A DNA stretch of 37,932 bases, taken from Macrostomum lignano (Eukaryota). Under the pieces are notes generated by a model. It had not been told where the DNA came from, searched no databases, and was given only the letters and a program-made list of their open reading frames with translations. The stretch spans positions 1 to 37,932 of the forward strand of contig NIVC01004691.1 of NCBI GenBank assembly GCA_002269645.1, in the 5' to 3' direction. Below, in pieces: positions 11,767 through 24,437 of the stretch. The translations under genes were made by a program, and so were the position numbers. Numbering within the stretch: position 1 is the first letter of the stretch; each line of letters opens with the position of its first letter.

Positions 11767-12352
11767 AACTCTAGCAAGAGACTTCATAAGGTTAAAATTT
11801 CGCTAGATCGAAATTAAAATTAAGCGTATTACGAACGTACAAAAGAAGTTTTTAGCCTCTGCAAAATTTAGTCAAAAATTTTTGTTGTTTAAAGGGGGTG
11901 CCTAGCGGGGCTACCGCGTGGCTCAGCCCAACAACTTATTCCAAGCAATTGAACTGGCGCTTTTTGTCTGACCCCAATTAAAATTTTTGTTCTCTCTTTC
12001 ACAATTCAAGAATTTCATACTGATAAAAAATCCATACGTACTTTATTGCTTGCAGCTAGAGTTCCTGGAGTTTAAAACTGGACTAGAGTCATGTAATTGT
12101 CCCTACATGTACATTCGGTACGAGGACATAAATCAGAGTGCAAAAGTTAGTAGTACATGTATTCATGTACTTATGATTGGGGGGACCATAGTTAGGTAGG
12201 TGACCCCACCCAGCGAATTTTACAGTTGGTGCAATGCATTACACAAAAATCTTGGAAATTTAGTCCAATTAATAAATACGAGCACTAATATACCTCACGT
12301 AAAAGTACTTTGATTTTAATGCAAATTTCTTTTGGGCAGTTTCAAGCCTCCC

Positions 12353-12358
12353 TATAAA
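12353..12358 (+). promoter_or_regulatory. TATA box of copy 2
   Basis: TATAAA 84 nt upstream of the ATG, retained at the same spacing although the surrounding sequence is diverged. A CCGGAAGT (ETS-like) motif lies just before the ATG. Confidence 0.5.
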
Positions 12359-12436
12359 TCCTGATGCAGAAAGAAACAGAGTCTACATACTGCATCTAAC
12401 CCTAATCGGGATTTTTAGATGCCGGAAGTGAGCGAC

Positions 12437-15400
12437 ATGCGACTGAATCTGCAGATAGCGATTGGCAGAAGCCTGGCGACTCTTCTGCTGCTGTCTGCTG
12501 CACTGCAACTGTGAGTGATGCGCAGCTTAATTTCTTGCACCAAATTAGCCACAACTGGGATTTCTGAGCGGAATCAGGTTTTTTGCTTAGGGTGGGTTGA
12601 ATGCTTTTGGATGTCACACTGCATGGGGGCGCCATGCTTGGGGCATAATACTGATTGGTGGGGGTGTCATACTGTTGGAGCGCAGTCGTTCGTTCGTTTG
12701 GAGGCTGTCCTTTGTGAGGCTGTCCTTGCTGCACAGTTCTTTGGAGGGCTGTCCTTAACGAGAATGGTGCTTGCAGTGTATGAATTTTAATTTGATTAGG
12801 CCTATATCTTAATACTGTAGCTGCAAAACAGCAAGTCTTTTTGCACGCCATTTCTTGTGTTTCTACTATCAGTAGGACAGTAAGAACTCATCTCTTTATC
12901 GTTTTGAAATTGGTAAAAATATTAATTTTATCGCTAAATCGATCGCGCGTCCTTACTCCAATGCGTAGAGTACAGATATTTATTGGTTTCTGGTCAGTGT
13001 GCGATTAATAACTGAACCGACGAACCAATAAATTACCTCATTGAAACAATTCTCCCACAATATCCTAACAAGTCCGATTTTTTAACAAAGGGGAGTGACC
13101 CTTCCGTAGTTTTAAACTACAATATCTATTTTACAACAGCAAAGCTACTTTTCTATTCTTCTCCCAGAGTTCTCGCTGGCAACCGGTACTGCTATCCGCG
13201 TGGCAACATCAATGAGTTCCAGCTCAGCAAAAAACTCGAGTTCATTGAGGATCGAATCATCCCTAAAACTGACGCGGACCCTGTGCCTGAGGAAGGGCTC
13301 AACTGCAAATGGAAGATTCTGACTGACCACCTTGACAAAGCCGTTGTGGTTCTGACTGGCTTTGACACGGCGCCTCACCAAAGCAAGCGGAGGTGGGCAA
13401 GATCTGTAGATTCAGCTGCACAGCAACCGATGCGATACGAACTGCACTCGAAGGCTTCGGACTGTAAGCAGAACTTTGAGCACAGTTAAACTTGCTATTA
13501 TACTCGTACATGTAGTATTGGTTTCGATTTCCAGTTCTAACCATTACCGTAAACAAGCAGTCAGTAGTTTTTGACCCATGCTAGCTGGTACTTAATAAAA
13601 ACAGCAAATGCTTTCATTCTCACCCTGCTAATAAAAATCCCAATGCATTTCCAGCCACTTGCTCGTCGCCTTCAACAAGCGAGCCAAAGCCAGTGGAACT
13701 GGAGATGCTGCGCGTGCTGCAACTGACCAAAGGGTACGATAGAGCTGGCCAATTCTCTGAGATCTATAATTCTGTAATTGAACTCAACCACTGCACTCTA
13801 CATAAAAACTGTAGGAGCTACCTGACGGTCTCATTCCGGCTGAATCGGAAAAGCTCAGCGAATATCCCGACTCTGAGAATTCGGCTGATGGAGCCGGGAT
13901 TCTGCGGCAGAAATGTGACTAATTTTGAGAGCAGCTGCTACACCACTGGATCGGTTCGTCGGTCCCTGACTGCTGAGCTGGCTGCGATGAGCGCTGACAG
14001 CGGAGTCATGAGGCTCGCCAGCTTCAGCAGCTCCGCAGCTCTGCAGAACTTCGTCAAGAGAGTAAGCTGGAGTGAACCGGTGGCTTTTAAAACACTTAGC
14101 GAAATGAAACAATAATGTACGAATTACTAGTACATGAAGACTATATATCTTAAAACAGGGCTGAGTGCTGCTGTGTTAGTGAACTTCCCTCAATATACTA
14201 CATGCATGTCAGGAATGGATTAGGGATAAAAACAAAGCCATCTTAGAAATAGCACCTTAAATTACACTACAAAAGCTTATTTAAATTGCAATCAAATGAA
14301 GTAAAATTCTATATTCCATTGCACATTAGCTATTGAATTTAATGGCTCCTGAGAATGAGTGCAAATGAGCCTTTCCCTGAGAAATTTTAACTGAGAAATT
14401 CCCTGAGGTATTCCTACGGTTAATGTCTGTGGCGTGCAGCTTGCATTGAATCAACTTGAAGTCTATCACCAAATTTTAGAGTACAGTAACATTTCGGGTC
14501 AAGAAAACTGGTAAATTCAGGTCTTGTACCCGCCATGTCAGTACCAAATCAATATTTAAAGCTTATTACAACGTAACAGCGCAGGTAAAGAAAGAATGCA
14601 TGCGTTGCCAGAAGTTTTGCCTTGATAATTGTGCTGCGGTGTACGAGCGTATGCATCAAATTTGAACAATTGCTCAAAAATGCTCATTTTCGCCACTGAA
14701 AAAAAACATTTTTCACCAGATTGCCAATCATAATCAAGACAATGATTAAAAGGTTTAATCACACTCTGTAGGTAATTTAAGCCGAATTAATTGGCGAATT
14801 TTCAAATTAATTAATAATAATTAATGCAAATTAAAAACTGCATTTCCAAATTCGCTCGTATTTCAATAAAGTTTTCAAGTTACAAACCTGCTTCGTTTTA
14901 TTTGCTGTTGCATCTCATACCCCAAGCTCCTATGGCCTAAGCTACATAATTTTTGCAATATGCATGCTTCACACAGCATCAATAATATGGCCCATGATAC
15001 CAGATAGCGCTATAATCAGAAACATAAAGTTGTCCTGCACTTACTTTTATATCGATAGTTTTCATATTATTATCGAATAATATTCACAAGTTTCAGGCCC
15101 ACAAAGCCGTTATGTTAAACCGCCGCAAAACCCACAATAGGAGCAGTACGCACGAGAGATGTAAATTCCTCGCCTGCAGTAACTTAGAAATGGTTTTCAT
15201 TGCCAGCTTATTGAACGCATGCAGTGTCCTTTACTGAACATCGCTGTTTACCTTGGGTTGTAGACCGCACACCTTAACTTTTGCACAATTTCACTCCACT
15301 TGAACACCGGCTTCAGGCCAGCGAACTCGCGTCGGCTCCGGCCTGAGCACCCGCAGCAAGGAGCCGCTGAGTCTTGCACAGAGGCTTCGCATCGGACTGT

Positions 15401-16097
15401 TCTATGAGCACAGGACCAAGAAGGTCTTCTACCTGAACTGCGGGGCAGAAGACTGCAAAATAGCTGAGTTCGAGGATGCTGATAAGCTGTGAGTTTCTTA
15501 ACTTGAGAATAGCAGTTTATCTGCTGTCGGAACAATTGGCTGGCTAATTAAATCAAATTTCACAACTATTTACACTTTAATTCCAGAAACCATACCGTCC
15601 AGAGTACGAACTCCTCAGTTTCCTGTGGTTCACTCAGAGCTGTCAATCTTACCATTGATGGTGAGGTACTCGGGCTGGTGAGCTTTACGGACTGCAGTGA
15701 GCAGCTTCCGGCTCTGATCAGCTTCCCGGATGCGGCCAGAAACAGATGCGGAGACTCGATCCAACCTGTGCTCAACTGGATGCTTGCGGCTGCCCAGCCG
15801 GCTGCGGAAGAAGAGCAAACAAGTCCCAGTCCTGAACGGATGAGGCTGATTGTCGTTCAACTTGTGGCTGCTGGTTTGATTCTATTGTTATTTCTCTCTA
15901 CTTTAACGCTAATTTTTGTGAGTCGACTGCAATGCCTTCAACGTGAAGCAGCAGCTTCGCCAAAGACGGTCCCAGGCCCCGTTGAAAAGGGAGGAGGGCC
16001 TGAGGGGGCCTGCCAATCCGACGCCCAAAAACCTCTGGTTCATTCTGGCTACAGCACGCACATAAAACAGCTTGAAAGCCGACCAGCTCTCATTTAG
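12437..16097 (+). pseudogene. Copy 2 of the CUB-CTLD-TM gene, with one frameshift (true pseudogene or consensus error)
   Basis: Exons 12437-12510, 13168-13463, 13655-13733, 13815-14061, 15317-15488 and 15587-16097. Exon 4 is 247 nt instead of 248 (AAA to AA at 14056-14057), giving a premature TGA early in exon 5. All splice sites are intact. Confidence 0.75.
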
Positions 16098-16699
16098 TCA
16101 CGCCAATCATCTCGCTTTGATCAGCCAATATCCGCGCTTGCAAAAGAGACAAAATCATTAATAGTTATGGAGTCTGTTTGCTCGAAATCCAGTTTCACTT
16201 CCTCATCGGATGCATCCGGTAATGACTGGTTTGAAGATTCAACAGACAATATTTTATGATTTTGTTGCTGGTGTTAACTAAGTGTTAGCAGCTTTACTAA
16301 GAATGAACTACGAGGATTGAGTGAGAAGTTCGCTAGCTGTTATATGCGAGTGATCACTGTACACTTATGCTGTCACTAATATGCAACAATTTTTCTGCTT
16401 TATAAATGCGGTAATCGCTGTAAATATTATAAATATTTCATTTGTTTATAATTCATTTACTACTTTACCTTATCCATCCACACATCTTTTGATGTTTTCA
16501 CTGCACTAACGCGAAAGATGTGTGCAATAAGGATTGACTGCTTGGTTTGTTGCTGAATTAAACAGTGGTGAAAAAACGAGCGCATGGACAATTTTGGGTA
16601 TTAATAGTATTAGTAGGTAAATTCAAAGCCTGCAAAATTATTTTAACAAAATTATTGTACCTACTAATCTAACCATTTTAACTGTAACCCTTTTGCGAA

Positions 16700-18720
16700 A
16701 TTTACGTTTTGTCATGAAAATGATGAATCCAAATCCCGCGCTAGCACATGGGCTCTAACTTTACCAGCCTACTAACAGTGGGCAGTGGGCATTTTATCCT
16801 TTTTTGTTAATTGTCATAGAATCTATACTAGATATAATGTTTGGTCATACTAGTAGTCATAATAACATAGGCGCAGCTTTTTGGGTCATAAATCATCGCT
16901 TTCGAAGCTGGTCTGACAGCCACCTGCGCCTCACTCAGTGTTAAGGCGGGTGCCAGATGGTCTGAGAGGATGCGGGCGGTAGCTTTTTTCTCATCATTTT
17001 GACAGGCCATCAAGATTTATGAGGTCAGAGCCTATTGTTCGTGTTCACTCAAGCGTGTGACAGCTTTGACAGCTATGCGTTTTACCCCTAAAAGTACCTT
17101 GGGATTAGCGATTAGCAATTTCTCTTCATTATCTTCACTTTCTATTTAATAAGAGCTTGCTAATGTATATTTTTTCATCAATTTCTGTCAATCCTACGCG
17201 AAAAGTCATAAATCATTTTGTTGCGATTTTGATTGATTTATGGCCGCATCTGTCATCTTTTTACGACCCTGTGGGAACTGATAGGATCTCTCGGTCACGT
17301 GATTATGGGTAGCAACAAGCTTAGCCAATCAGAAAATTCGGCGCTCATTTTAACAAAACGGCTCAGCCAATCAGAATCAACGTGTTCCATTATAACAAAC
17401 TGCGGTCCAGTTGGCGGCTATTTAAACCGGTGTTTTTGGCCCGCTCGGACCTCAACCTCCTGGGACCTTGGCCTAGCTTGAGACCTCCCGGAGCCTGACC
17501 GTCGTTTCTTGATCCCCGGATTGCGACTTCCCCCCCATCATCATCAAGGACGAGTCCCCCGGTCATCAGCAGCGAACATCAAGTGAAGAGCATCACCTGC
17601 TAGCTAACAGCGAAGATTGTGACAGCATCATCCCGAGTCTACAGCTGCAGAGCATCAAGCCGATTCGGTCACTGTGGATTACCTGGTCTCCGGCTGTTGA
17701 GTTTCTGATTGGTTGGGTGAGAGGCTACCTAGACTTGCTTGATTGGGTGATCCCTTATCTGTCCCCTTTTTCAGTAGCTGAATTAGGCGCACACTTTTGC
17801 TCATTTTGTTCAATAAGTGCTGTTGCTGAGGCAGAAATCATTCAATAATACTGCTAGTAGTCTAAAACTCCAATTCAATCTGAGGTGTGAAGTGATCTAA
17901 GGAGAAGGTTAAATCTAACAGTTATTTTTATCGGCTTTATTTCTTTGTTCGCCGATGGCTCAGATGAGTAGCTAAGCTAGTAGGCGCCGGTCACAGTGGA
18001 CCAATGGCAAGGCGGTTCTCAGTCGACCAATCTATCAAATCAGTGAGCAAAACTGCCAGAAGTGCAGAATCGGCGCCAGAGATGTACTTTGTGCACTCTA
18101 GGGTAGCCAAGCGGCTCGGGTAAATGAATCATGCGAGGTCTCTGAAGTTCGAGTTAGCCTATCATCAGCGCTATGATAGGCTAGTTGGCGCGTTGAAGGC
18201 CAAAAGTACATATCTTCGTATTTAGCAATGTAATAGTACATGTAGCTACCCCATAGACTCGCCACTGCAAGAATCCCCTGCACAAGTCCCCTCTGTACCT
18301 GCATGGCCAATGCGATCTAGTCCCAGCAGTGTCCCTTATCATCGGCTATGACTTCGAGATTGACAGCAAAAAGACACTAGTTGCAAGGTAAGTGCAAAGC
18401 CCCTTCTAGTCGGAAGCCCGATTTCGAGAGTCCCGGTGTGGTGAGCCAGGACGTACGGGCTGGTGGCAGCGAGTTAGCTAATCTGCGGATTAACTAATTT
18501 CTACCTTCAAAATTCTCCCTGCTTGTCTCTCGCTGTCCCTCTCTTAGCTATAGGACCAAGACTGCTCGCCACACGATCAAGCTACCATGGGGCTGACCAT
18601 CTGACAGGAGTGGGGGGCCAGGGCTCTAATTGATTTATTTCTGAGCCTGAGGCCCGAAGGCTTCCCTAACAAGGAGCCCAAAGGTCGAAACCCATCAAAA
18701 ATGTAATAAATTTACTAGCG
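16700..18720. mobile_element. Unit-B-specific ~2-kb insertion, probably a decayed retroelement or LTR remnant
   Basis: No counterpart in other units. Paired AGCCAATCAGAA boxes and a TATTTAAA box at ~17320-17430. No recognisable transposase or RT ORF. Confidence 0.35.
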
Positions 18721-19411
18721 CATATAGCATGCACATGGCAATGAAATTTCATTTCATTCCGTTTAATTTTCAGCATTGTTTATTTTTTTAATAACTGTTT
18801 CCGAGATTAGAGGCTGCAGCAGCCAGCAGCCTGCGAACGCGTGACACAGAAGACTCCCAACAAAATGCGTTGAGGGCAGGGCACAGAGAGAAACTTCGTT
18901 GAGCTGTAACGCTACACTCAAACTATGCATTTTTGCATTGTGCCTATGCGTTCCTGTTGACTATCAAATACCCTGCTTTGAATATTCTGTGCTGCGAATT
19001 CTGAGATTTGGGCCTCACTCATAATAGAGCCTTTACAGGCCAGAGTGTTTGAAAGTCTTTCTGCCATGCAAGCAGAAGATAACAGAAAAAACTTGTTAAT
19101 AACGCAAACGTTTAAAAATTAAAGAGCGTTCAACACAGACCAGAGAATCCTCTTGCACTTTCACATTCAAATGGCACTATACAGATGTGTTGCTAAAAAT
19201 AGCTCTGGGGTTCGCCTTGCGTACATGGGGTGAGAGCGGCTGGCAAAATCAAGCTGTCCCATGCACGTATCGCGGGTTCGCGCCTTGTCTCCAGCCTGCT
19301 GTCTGACGCCGGCGCCCCGGATTCAATCGGCGACGTGGCTTTTCTTTGCGACTTGTGCTGCTACCGTCAAAGGACTCTGACAGCGTATCTTGTTGTTTCC
19401 TTGCGACGCCG

Positions 19412-19808
19412 GGAAATCTGGGAATGTATAATTTGGGGAATGTAAGATCTGTGGAATGTAAAATCTTAGGAATTTGAAATCTTAGGAATTTGAAATCATA
19501 GGAATTTGAAATCTTAGGAATTTGAAATCTTAGGAATGTAAAATATGGAGGAATGCAAAATCTGGGAATGTGAAACATGGAGAAAAGCAAAATCTGCGAA
19601 ATGTGAAAGCTGGGGGTGCAAAATTCGTGGAATGTAAAAGTTGGAGAAAGTGAAATCTAAGAAATGTAGAATTGGAGGAATGTAAAATTTAAGGAATGTG
19701 AAATCTGGGAGATGCAAATCTTAGGAATGTGAAAGCTGCGGGAACGTAAAATCTGGGGGAATGTACGAGCTAAAATCTGGGGAATGCAGAATCGAGATAA
19801 TGTGGAAC
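19412..19808. repeat. Degenerate ~16-bp array at the B/C junction
   Basis: Repeated GGAAT(G/T)T(G/A)AAATCT variants. Confidence 0.85.
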
Positions 19809-21302
19809 ATATCCTAAAGTTCTAGCTAAAGTTTTCCACCAAAAAAGACTAAATGAGAGCTATGAAACTAATACTCAAGCTGTTTCTGCACCACAGTACT
19901 TTTAGCTCGCACTGCTCGTTGTTGAAATAAACTAAAAGAAGAAATCATAAATACATTTTGAAAAACCTTGTGAATCCCGATAGAACCCATAAAGAAAATT
20001 TTAGTCTCTTAACTTCGACAATAAGGACATCCGCCAGACCCAATGTCACTTGCTTGTAATTTTTATTTTATTCCCTGCAGTTGACTGCTTTGAGCTGAAC
20101 GGCAGGCTATTATTGTTTACGAACTATTTGTGGGATCTGTATGCATGTAATTTTTTTATTTCACTACCTTTAGAAAGAACAAAAAATAAAGAACTCCAAG
20201 TTCTCGGTAAACTAAAGTCCCCTTTTTTGCACAGCACTGACATTATGCGGCATATAATGAACAGTGCACGCTTGGTCTGAAAGCGCATGCACGATACAGA
20301 TCGAGCGTGCGTCCTCTGCTTCTCTTTCCTCGCATGCTACGTACAATAGTATGGTACAGGGCGGCAACTGTGCGCACGCATACACCTGCACTCCTATAAT
20401 TCAACCCTCTACTTTAACAATTCTACTGACTATCCATGGGAGACATGGAATTGCCTTTTAGTTGTACTTGAAAGGAGGGAAAACTCGCTGCTTTAGAGAA
20501 AATTCACCGCGGATAAGCCGTGGGTTTCACTTGGATCTTCCTGAGAGTTACCGCGGCTTGGCCTATAAAATCATGGGTTTTCCACGGTGCTCCCCTCCTA
20601 AATTTTCTCTTATAAAGTCTGCAAGAAGTTGGAGTTGGCCAACATCTCTTGGTGAGTGTGAGTCCACATGGACAGTGAGTTTAGTTTCGTGCACACTTAG
20701 TTGCCATAATTTTTAAGAAATTTGAGCATAATTTGATGGCAATGTTAAGAGTCCTTTTTTGTCAAATGAGATTTGTTTAAGGAAAGATCAGATAGAAGGA
20801 AGCAAAAATGGTTAAGAATGTTAAACAAAATATTTTTTGTTACCGCAGAATTTTCTACCATCGTTCGATTAACAGGCATTCCCGTTCTCGAGTCCTTAGG
20901 GGCTGTGTGTATTGTACTTCTGTTGCAAAATTATTTTTGAATTCAACGTACCTGATTACTTTCTTTGCATGTAGTATCATAGCTACAGGGGTTCATTAGA
21001 GTCACTAGAATGTAATTTTGCTCATGTAAGTCAGAGCAAAGACTGAGCCTGTCTCACCAGATGCAATATTATATTTAAAATCAAATAAAAAGTCAAATCA
21101 AGACGCTTATTGCATGTGAAATTCCTTGGTCTCAGGGTTGGGTTAACAAAAAGCCAAGTTAACTGTCACTACATCCGGGTACTAAAACAGAAATCGGATT
21201 GCTAAGCGATTAGAAGTGATTAGAAGTACGCTCGTACGTGTACAAGAAGTTTTGATGGCATCTACGAATATCCAGCTTGTTCGGCAGTTTCACGTCTTTA
21301 CC

Positions 21303-21308
21303 TATAAA
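21303..21308 (+). promoter_or_regulatory. TATA box of copy 3
   Basis: TATAAA 82 nt upstream of the ATG. Copy 1 has CATAAA at 1385-1390 at equivalent spacing. Confidence 0.5.
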
Positions 21309-22617
21309 TGCTGAGCGGACACAGAATCTCCTGCATGCAGCGTCCACCTCACATCGGGATTTTTAGGTGCCGGAAGCGTCCGACATGCGACTGAATCTGC
21401 AGATAGTGATGGGCAGAAGCCTGGCGACTCTTCTGCTGCTGTCTGCCACATTTCAAATGTGAGTGATGCGACGCTTCATTCATTAAACCAACTGGGATTT
21501 TTTTGCGGATTAACATTTGCTTAAAGGTAGGCAGAATGTTTTGGGATGCTACTCTGGGGGCGCCATACTAATTGGGCTGTCCTTTGTGGGGCTGCCCGCT
21601 GTGGGATTGTTCTTTGGGGACCTGTCCTTGCGAGGCTTGCGCTGTCAATGTACATTAATGTACGAAAGTTAATTGGATTATATCATAGTGCTGTAGCTGG
21701 ATAAACAGAACTTGTTCTACACGCGATATTTTCTTGTCTTTCTACTTATCAGTAGGATGGTAAGTAGATACTCACCCATTTTATCGTATTGAATTCCGCT
21801 AGAATGTTGCCCCAAAATCGATGGCATTTCTACACGTACATGCGTATAGAGCATAGCTAATGATAATAATATATTACTATACATTCTATACATTATTAAA
21901 ATATAAAACGTTTTCTTTTTACAGGTCGGTATGGGAGAAATAACTGAAGTACCGACCGAAAAGCCAATTAATCATATAATCAACAACACATTTTGCCAAT
22001 AATAGCTCAGAAAATAACGTTTTTAGTAGACCAAATCTTAAGTGGGCCTTCCAGTAACTTTTGAGTGTCCATTTACAATAAATCTACTTTCCCGCCCTTT
22101 TTTCTTTAGAGCTCTGGCAGGCAACCAGTACTGCTATCCGCGTGGCAACACCAATGAGTTCCAGCTCAGCAAAAAACTCGAGTTCATTGAAGATCGAATC
22201 ATTCCCAAAACTGACGCGGACCTGTGCCTGAGGAAGGCCTCAACTGCAAATGGAAGATTCTGACTGACCACCTTGACAATTCCGTTGTGGTTCTGACTGG
22301 CTTTGACACGGAGGCTCGCGTAAACGAGTGGAGGCGGACAAAATCTGTGGATTCAGCTGCACAGCAACAACCGATGCGATACGAACTGCACTCGAAGGCT
22401 TCGGACGGTAAGCAGCGCTTTGATCACAATTAGAGAATATTCTATAAGCTGTGCAATAATGTTAATTGTTGAAGAAGACAGCAGGCCTTTAGAGCATCAA
22501 TTTTAGCCGTCTGGTCGCCAACGAAGAGAGTTGATAATAATAGTGATTATGAAATCAAACTTCACGCCTTTGCATAAATGCCTAGTATAGCTGACTCAAG
22601 GCAGTTGTAATGGTCTA

Positions 22618-22926
22618 GGGGTTGTAGCCTAGTGGTTAGAGCGTCGGACGCACAACGTGAAGGTCGGGGTTTCGATTCCCGATCCCACTGGAACAATTTG
22701 TGTCCTTGAGCAAGACACTTTACTCTGCATTGCTTCAGTTCACCCAGCTGTAAAATGGGTGCCAGCATTAGCTGGGATAAGTGAGGGTGTGTGTGTCGAC
22801 CCCCCAGTCCTTGGACTGAACAGCCGTACGCAGACTTCAGACGCGCCGCGCAATAGCTGCGGCTGAGCTGTCGGTTGCACATCTGCCCATTGGGCAGGTG
22901 TAATCAATTATTATATTATTATTATT
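22618..22926 (+). mobile_element. tRNA-derived SINE with a CORE-like central domain, in intron 2 of copy 3
   Basis: A-box TAGCCTAGTGG and B-box GGTTTCGATTCC, then GTGTCCTTGAGCAAGACACTT...CTGTAAAATGGG resembling the MIR/CORE domain. It has an (ATT)n tail and GCAGTTGT..AATGG on both flanks, and is absent from copy 5 at the homologous site (~37090). Confidence 0.85.
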
Positions 22927-24170
22927 AAAGTAAGCAGTTGTCGAATGGCATCTGTGAACAAGCAGTCAGTGGGTTTTACCCACGCTGCTGACTGCCAGCT
23001 GGAACTCGATAAAACCAGTCAAACACTTCGATTCTTACCCTGGCAATGCGAACCCCAATGCATTTCCAGCGACTTGCTCGTCGCCTTCAACAAGCGAGCC
23101 AAAGCCCGTGGAGCTGGAGATGTTGCGCGTGCTGCAACTGACGAAAGGGTACGATAGAGCTGGCCTGATGCTGGACCAATTCTTTGAAATCCATAATTCT
23201 GTAATTGAACTCAACCACTGCACTCTACATAAAAACTGTAGGAGCTACCTGACTGTTTCATTCCGGTTGAATCGAAGAAGCTTTGCGAATATCCCCGGTC
23301 TACAAATTCGCCTGATGGAGCCGGGATTCTGCGGCAGAAGCATGACTAATTTTGAGAGCAACTGCTACACCACAGGATCGGTTCGTCGGAACCTGACTGC
23401 TGAGCTGGCTGCGATGAGCGCTGACAGCGGAGTCATGAGGCTCGCCAGCTTCAGCAGCTCCGCGGCTCTGCAGAACTTCGTCACAGAGAGTAAGCTGAGT
23501 GAACCTTGTTGATTCTTTAGTCTTAGCCGAACAAAATTTAATAAAGACTATGTCTTACAACAGGGCTGAGCACTGCTGTGTTTAGTAAAATTCCCTAAAT
23601 CTATTATGCCAGAAATTGATAAATAAGCCATCCCAGTAATAGCATATTTAATGACACTATAAAGGCTTATTTAAATTGCAATCAAATGAAGTAAAATACC
23701 TTATTGGATTGCAAATCAGCTATTGAATTTGATGGTCCCTGAGAATGTGTTCAAATGAGCATTTCCCAGAGAATTTTTGCCTGAGAAATTCCCTGAGGTA
23801 TTTTTACTGTTACATTACAGCTTATGCATTGAAACAACTTAATGTCTATCACAAACTTTTACAGTACAGTGAAATTTTGCGTCAAGAATGCTGGTAAATT
23901 TAAGTCTTGCACGCGTAAAGTAAGAATGCATGCATAGCCTAAAGTTTGCCTTCACAAGTGGTCAAAAGTACTGCGGTGTATGCATCAGATTTGAACAATA
24001 GCTAAAAAATTCTCAGTTTTGCCTCTGGAAAAAACGTTTTTTGCCAGTTTACCTAGTTCAAAGCCAAGACTCTAAAAAATGAAAGCCAAATTAATCGGGC
24101 CAGGTCCATTGGCAGCTTACGTGTATCGCAAAAAGTTGCAAAACTTCACGGTGTTCCAAATGCAAAAAAT

Positions 24171-24437
24171 CCTCATTTGCCAAATACCGACTTGCCGATT
24201 TCCCGACTCGCCGAATCTCTGGTAATGCCTGTGGCCTGTGCTAGCTAACAGATAGCCTTTCTTTGTTCAAACTTTTTGTATATTTTTGCTTATCATCATT
24301 TACTCTACTATTTCTTAAATACGAGCGTAGCTATTAGTAGAGATAGTATTACTTAAGTTAGTCACTTAGTAAGTCGATCGGCGACTCGGGATTCGGCGAG
24401 CTGAGAATCGGCAAATCAGGCTTCGGCGAATCGGAGG
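24171..24437. mobile_element. Foldback/MITE-like insertion in intron 4 of copy 3
   Basis: ~47-bp imperfect inverted repeats (24171-24217 and 24390-24437) built of TTGCCGA/TCGCCGA motifs. Absent from intron 4 of copies 1 and 2. Confidence 0.6.

Larger units (their letters stand above)
9497..19812 (+). repeat. Segmental duplication unit B
   Basis: Same junction motif and block order as unit A. Near-identical to A from intron 4 to the 3' flank. Carries unit-specific insertions at ~10370-12400 and ~16700-18720. Confidence 0.8.

Noticed and set aside
12396-12405. CTAACCCTAA telomere-like repeat
   Set aside because: Fewer than two full units; consistent with chance.
17251-17920. Solo LTR with TG...CA ends
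   Set aside because: Flanks (GCATC vs GTTAT) show no target site duplication and no PBS follows, so the boundaries are unsupported.
22618-22690. Functional tRNA gene
   Set aside because: A and B boxes are present, but the acceptor stem does not close and the sequence continues into a CORE-like domain and simple-repeat tail, so it is a SINE head.
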